DNA of 1,043 nt from Naegleria gruberi (lineage: Eukaryota): the NCBI GenBank assembly GCA_000004985.1, contig GG739600.1, one strand, 5' to 3'. Shown here piece after piece: positions 1 through 1,043 of the stretch; position 1 is the stretch's first letter; each line of letters begins with the position of its first letter. The notes under the pieces were generated by a model that ran no database searches, was not told the DNA's origin, and saw only the letters and a program-made list of their open reading frames with translations. The position numbers were made by a program, and so were the translations under genes.

Positions 1-58
1 AAAAACATTCAATAGGACTCTCTAACAAAAAAAATTGCTTTATTTTTGTTCGCTTAAT

Positions 59-107
59 AAAACCCTATCAACTCGTCTTAATTGACAAGTGGTAGGGTTT
101 TTTTTTT
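59..107 (+). terminator. Imperfect palindrome, hairpin plus T10 (intrinsic-terminator-like, potentially bidirectional), copy 1
   Basis: Pairing worked out by hand. Inner stem 75-77 pairs with 84-86 (gtc/gac) around loop ttaatt (78-83). One mismatch at c74.a87. Further pairs 73-88, 72-89 and 71-90, with a70 bulged. Then 69-91, 68.92 (G.U), 67-93, 66-94, 65-95, 64-96 and 63-97 (ccc/ggg). A59-A62 can pair with T98-T101. T-run 98-107 is 10 T on + strand. On the - strand the hairpin is followed by uuuuauuauauu. Confidence 0.5.
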
Positions 108-180
108 CGAAAATTTTTCAATCCTGACTTGGATATTTTTTCAAGTTCGGGAAAGTATTTTCTTTTTTTTAATATAATAA
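61..180. repeat. Repeat unit copy 1 (120 bp, reference copy)
   Basis: Reads aaccctatcaactcgtcttaattgacaagtggtagggttttttttttcgaaaatttttcaatcctgacttggatattttttcaagttcgggaaagtattttcttttttttaatataataa. Confidence 0.93.
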
Positions 181-227
181 AACCCTATCAACTCGTCTTA
201 ATTGACAAGTGGTAGGGTTTTTTTTTT
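179..227 (+). terminator. Hairpin plus T10, copy 2 (identical to copy 1)
   Basis: Same sequence as 59-107 shifted by 120 nt. T10 lies at 218-227. Confidence 0.5.
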
Positions 228-300
228 CGAAAATTTTTCAATCCTGACTTGGATATTTTTTCAAGTTCGGGAAAGTATTTTCTTTTTTTTAATATAATAA
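181..300. repeat. Repeat unit copy 2 (120 bp, identical to copy 1)
   Basis: Character-for-character identical to 61-180. Confidence 0.93.
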
Positions 301-346
301 AACCCTATCAACTCGTCTTAATTGACAAGTGGTAGGTTTTTTTTTT
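299..346 (+). terminator. Hairpin plus T10, copy 3 (stem weakened by loss of one G)
   Basis: The ccc arm (303-305) now faces gg (335-336). T10 lies at 337-346. Confidence 0.45.
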
Positions 347-419
347 CGAAAATTTTTCAATCCTGACTTGGATATTTTTTCAAGTTCGGGAAAGTATTTT
401 CTTTTTTTTAATATAATAA
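301..419. repeat. Repeat unit copy 3 (119 bp, single-G deletion in the hairpin 3' arm: ggtagg vs ggtaggg)
   Basis: Identical to copy 1 except GGG becomes GG at 335-336. The T10 tract is retained at 337-346. Confidence 0.9.
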
Positions 420-465
420 AACCCTATCAACTCGTCTTAATTGACAAGTGGTAGGGTTTTTTTTT
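418..465 (+). terminator. Hairpin plus T9, copy 4
   Basis: Stem identical to copy 1. T-run at 457-465 is 9 nt. Confidence 0.45.
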
Positions 466-537
466 CGAAAATTTTTCAATCCTGACTTGGATATTTTTTC
501 ATAATTTGGGGGATATTTTTCTTTTTTAATATAATAA
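420..537. repeat. Repeat unit copy 4 (118 bp, T9 instead of T10, 3' third diverged)
   Basis: Hairpin intact; T-run at 457-465 is 9 nt. The 3' part caagttcgggaaagtattttctttttttt is replaced by cataatttgggggatatttttctttttt, with substitutions and homopolymer length changes. Confidence 0.9.
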
Positions 538-580
538 AACCCTATTAATATACTTTAATTGACAAGTTGTAGGGGTTTTT
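536..580 (+). terminator. Degenerate hairpin plus T5, copy 5
   Basis: aaaaccctat...gtaggggttttt can still pair ccc/ggg with a bulge. Only 5 T follow before atcccg. Confidence 0.25.
538..580. repeat. Truncated, degenerate copy 5 (hairpin region only)
   Basis: aaccctattaatatactttaattgacaagttgtaggggttttt keeps aaaaccc...ttaattgacaag...taggggttttt but has several substitutions and only T5. Homology ends at 580. Confidence 0.8.
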
Positions 581-582
581 AT

Positions 583-613
583 CCCGATTCGAAGGGATTC
601 GAAGGGAAAGCCC
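583..613. repeat. Short 10-bp direct repeat GATTCGAAGG x2 (586-605) with small CCC/GGG hairpins (583-596 and 604-613) at the array's 3' boundary
   Basis: cccGATTCGAAGGGATTCGAAGGgaaagccc. Two palindromic TTCGAA hexamers. ccc583-585 can pair ggg594-596. ggg604-606 can pair ccc611-613 around an aaag loop. Confidence 0.6.
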
Positions 614-888
614 ACAAATAATGTCGGATGAAATAATCGGTCTGTAAACAGTATTTTAAATTACTCCGAAACCCCGTATTTCCCAAAAATGCATTTACTT
701 CCTACTTGCTCCGTTTGGACTACCTCCCGAACGTTTGGCATCAAACAATGTTTATTATAGTGGATTATTTTGTCCGACAATTTGCAGTGCACCTTCGAGT
801 TATTTAAATAATGATTTTTTTATATGACACAAAACCCCCCCTCGTGACTTTAAGTTACCCTTGTTTTGCGCGAAAGACGACAAAAGTG

Positions 889-898
889 AAAAAAAAAA
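889..898. repeat. A10 homopolymer tract
   Basis: gtgaaaaaaaaaattt: ten consecutive A at 889-898. Other tracts are T7 at 815-821 and C7 at 835-841. Confidence 0.9.
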
Positions 899-949
899 TT
901 TCGATTTGATTTTTTACTTTGCGTTAATTAGATAATAATTTTATTAATA

Positions 950-978
950 TTGATCAATGGTCTATATATTAGTATAAT
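950..978 (+). promoter_or_regulatory. Candidate sigma70-type promoter: TTGATC (950-955), 17-nt spacer, TATAAT (973-978)
   Basis: The -35 matches ttgaca at 4 of 6 positions. The -10 is perfect TATAAT and the spacing is the optimal 17 nt. The predicted start near 985-987 is directed rightward out of the window. No ATG or RBS follows within the window. Such motifs also arise by chance in AT-rich DNA. Confidence 0.3.
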
Positions 979-1043
979 ATGTATATATTTCCAGATTTGA
1001 AATAAAAACAAAAATTCAATTTTTCAATCTTTGCGAATTAGAA

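Larger units (their letters stand above)
61..580. repeat. Tandem direct-repeat array of a ~120-bp unit: 4 full copies plus 1 truncated, degenerate copy
   Basis: Sequence 61-180 is repeated exactly at 181-300. It recurs at 301-419 with one G deleted and at 420-537 with T10 shortened to T9 and the 3' ~40 nt diverged. A partial diverged copy at 538-~580 reads aaccctatTaaTAtaCtttaattgacaagtTgtagggg. Weak homology to the unit's 3' end is visible upstream at ~41-60 (tatttttgtt..ttaataa). Confidence 0.93.

Noticed and set aside
82-87. Perfect TTGACA -35 hexamer in the 3' arm of every hairpin (82-87, 202-207, 322-327, 441-446, 558-563)
   Set aside because: No acceptable -10 at 16-18 nt downstream; the hexamers there read tttcga and ttcgaa. 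It is more likely part of the palindrome than a promoter. The -strand TTGTCA and TTGATA also lack a properly spaced -10.
59-101. Terminal inverted repeats of an IS element or MITE
   Set aside because: The palindrome lies inside each tandem unit rather than flanking a unique segment. No transposase ORF or target-site duplication is visible. A MITE-like or REP-like origin cannot be excluded without genome-wide copy data.
61-580. CRISPR array
   Set aside because: The repeated unit is the whole 120 bp, including what would be the spacers. There are no unique spacers between short 24-48 bp repeats and no leader or cas context in the window.
581-660. tRNA or other structured RNA gene near gggaaagcccac...cggtctg
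   Set aside because: Only short 3-bp GC stems. No cloverleaf arrangement or conserved T-loop or D-loop motifs could be built by eye.
689-760. Plus-strand ORF atgcatttacttcct...tag (23 codons)
   Set aside because: It is short, with no Shine-Dalgarno upstream (tcccaaaa), and an open frame of this length is expected by chance. A smaller atg-ORF at 621-647 (8 codons) was rejected likewise.
664-819. Minus-strand open frame of 52 codons (ATG at 741 gives 26 codons, stop at 663-661)
   Set aside because: A first hand reverse-complement suggested a frame of over 90 codons. Re-deriving by coordinates showed an in-frame TAA at + 822-820, and I had miscounted two homopolymer runs. The only ATG gives 26 codons, with no RBS. 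Too short and unsupported.
1-1043. Identifying the locus as a specific known element (for example a viral homologous-repeat region, rDNA spacer or mitochondrial control region)
   Set aside because: I do not recognise the sequence and cannot run a database search. The A+T content, about 70%, is lower than a typical insect mitochondrial control region. Any such naming would be a guess.

Overview
The 1,043-nt window is A+T-rich, about 70% by eye, with many homopolymer tracts. It appears entirely non-coding: no ORF exceeds ~55 sense codons in any of the six frames. Six-frame stop-codon positions were tabulated by hand for the non-repeat region, and stops were shown to occur in every frame of the 120-bp unit. 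The longest ATG-initiated ORFs are 23-26 codons. The dominant feature is a head-to-tail tandem array at 61-~580 of a ~120-bp unit. Copies 1 and 2 are 100% identical. Copy 3 has a single-G deletion. Copy 4 has a shortened T-run and a diverged 3' third. Copy 5 is truncated and degenerate. Each unit carries a ~43-nt imperfect palindrome: a ~21-bp stem with one bulge, one mismatch and one G.U wobble, a TTAATT loop, A4 immediately upstream and T10 immediately downstream. This is a bidirectional intrinsic-terminator-like hairpin. A consensus TATAAT hexamer lies 4 nt upstream of each hairpin (copies 2-5; copy 1 has TTAATAA instead). A TTGACA hexamer sits in the 3' arm. A short GATTCGAAGG x2 direct repeat with small CCC/GGG hairpins lies at the array's 3' boundary (583-613). 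Positions 620-1043 are unique AT-rich non-coding sequence with T7, C7 and A10 tracts and one sigma70-like promoter candidate (TTGATC-N17-TATAAT, 950-978, + strand) pointing out of the window. The source organism cannot be determined from the sequence. Possibilities include an AT-rich bacterial, plasmid, phage or viral non-coding control region, a tandem small-RNA or terminator array, or eukaryotic satellite-like intergenic DNA. No protein-coding system is visible here. The structure worth following up is the near-identical hairpin-plus-T10 repeat array.
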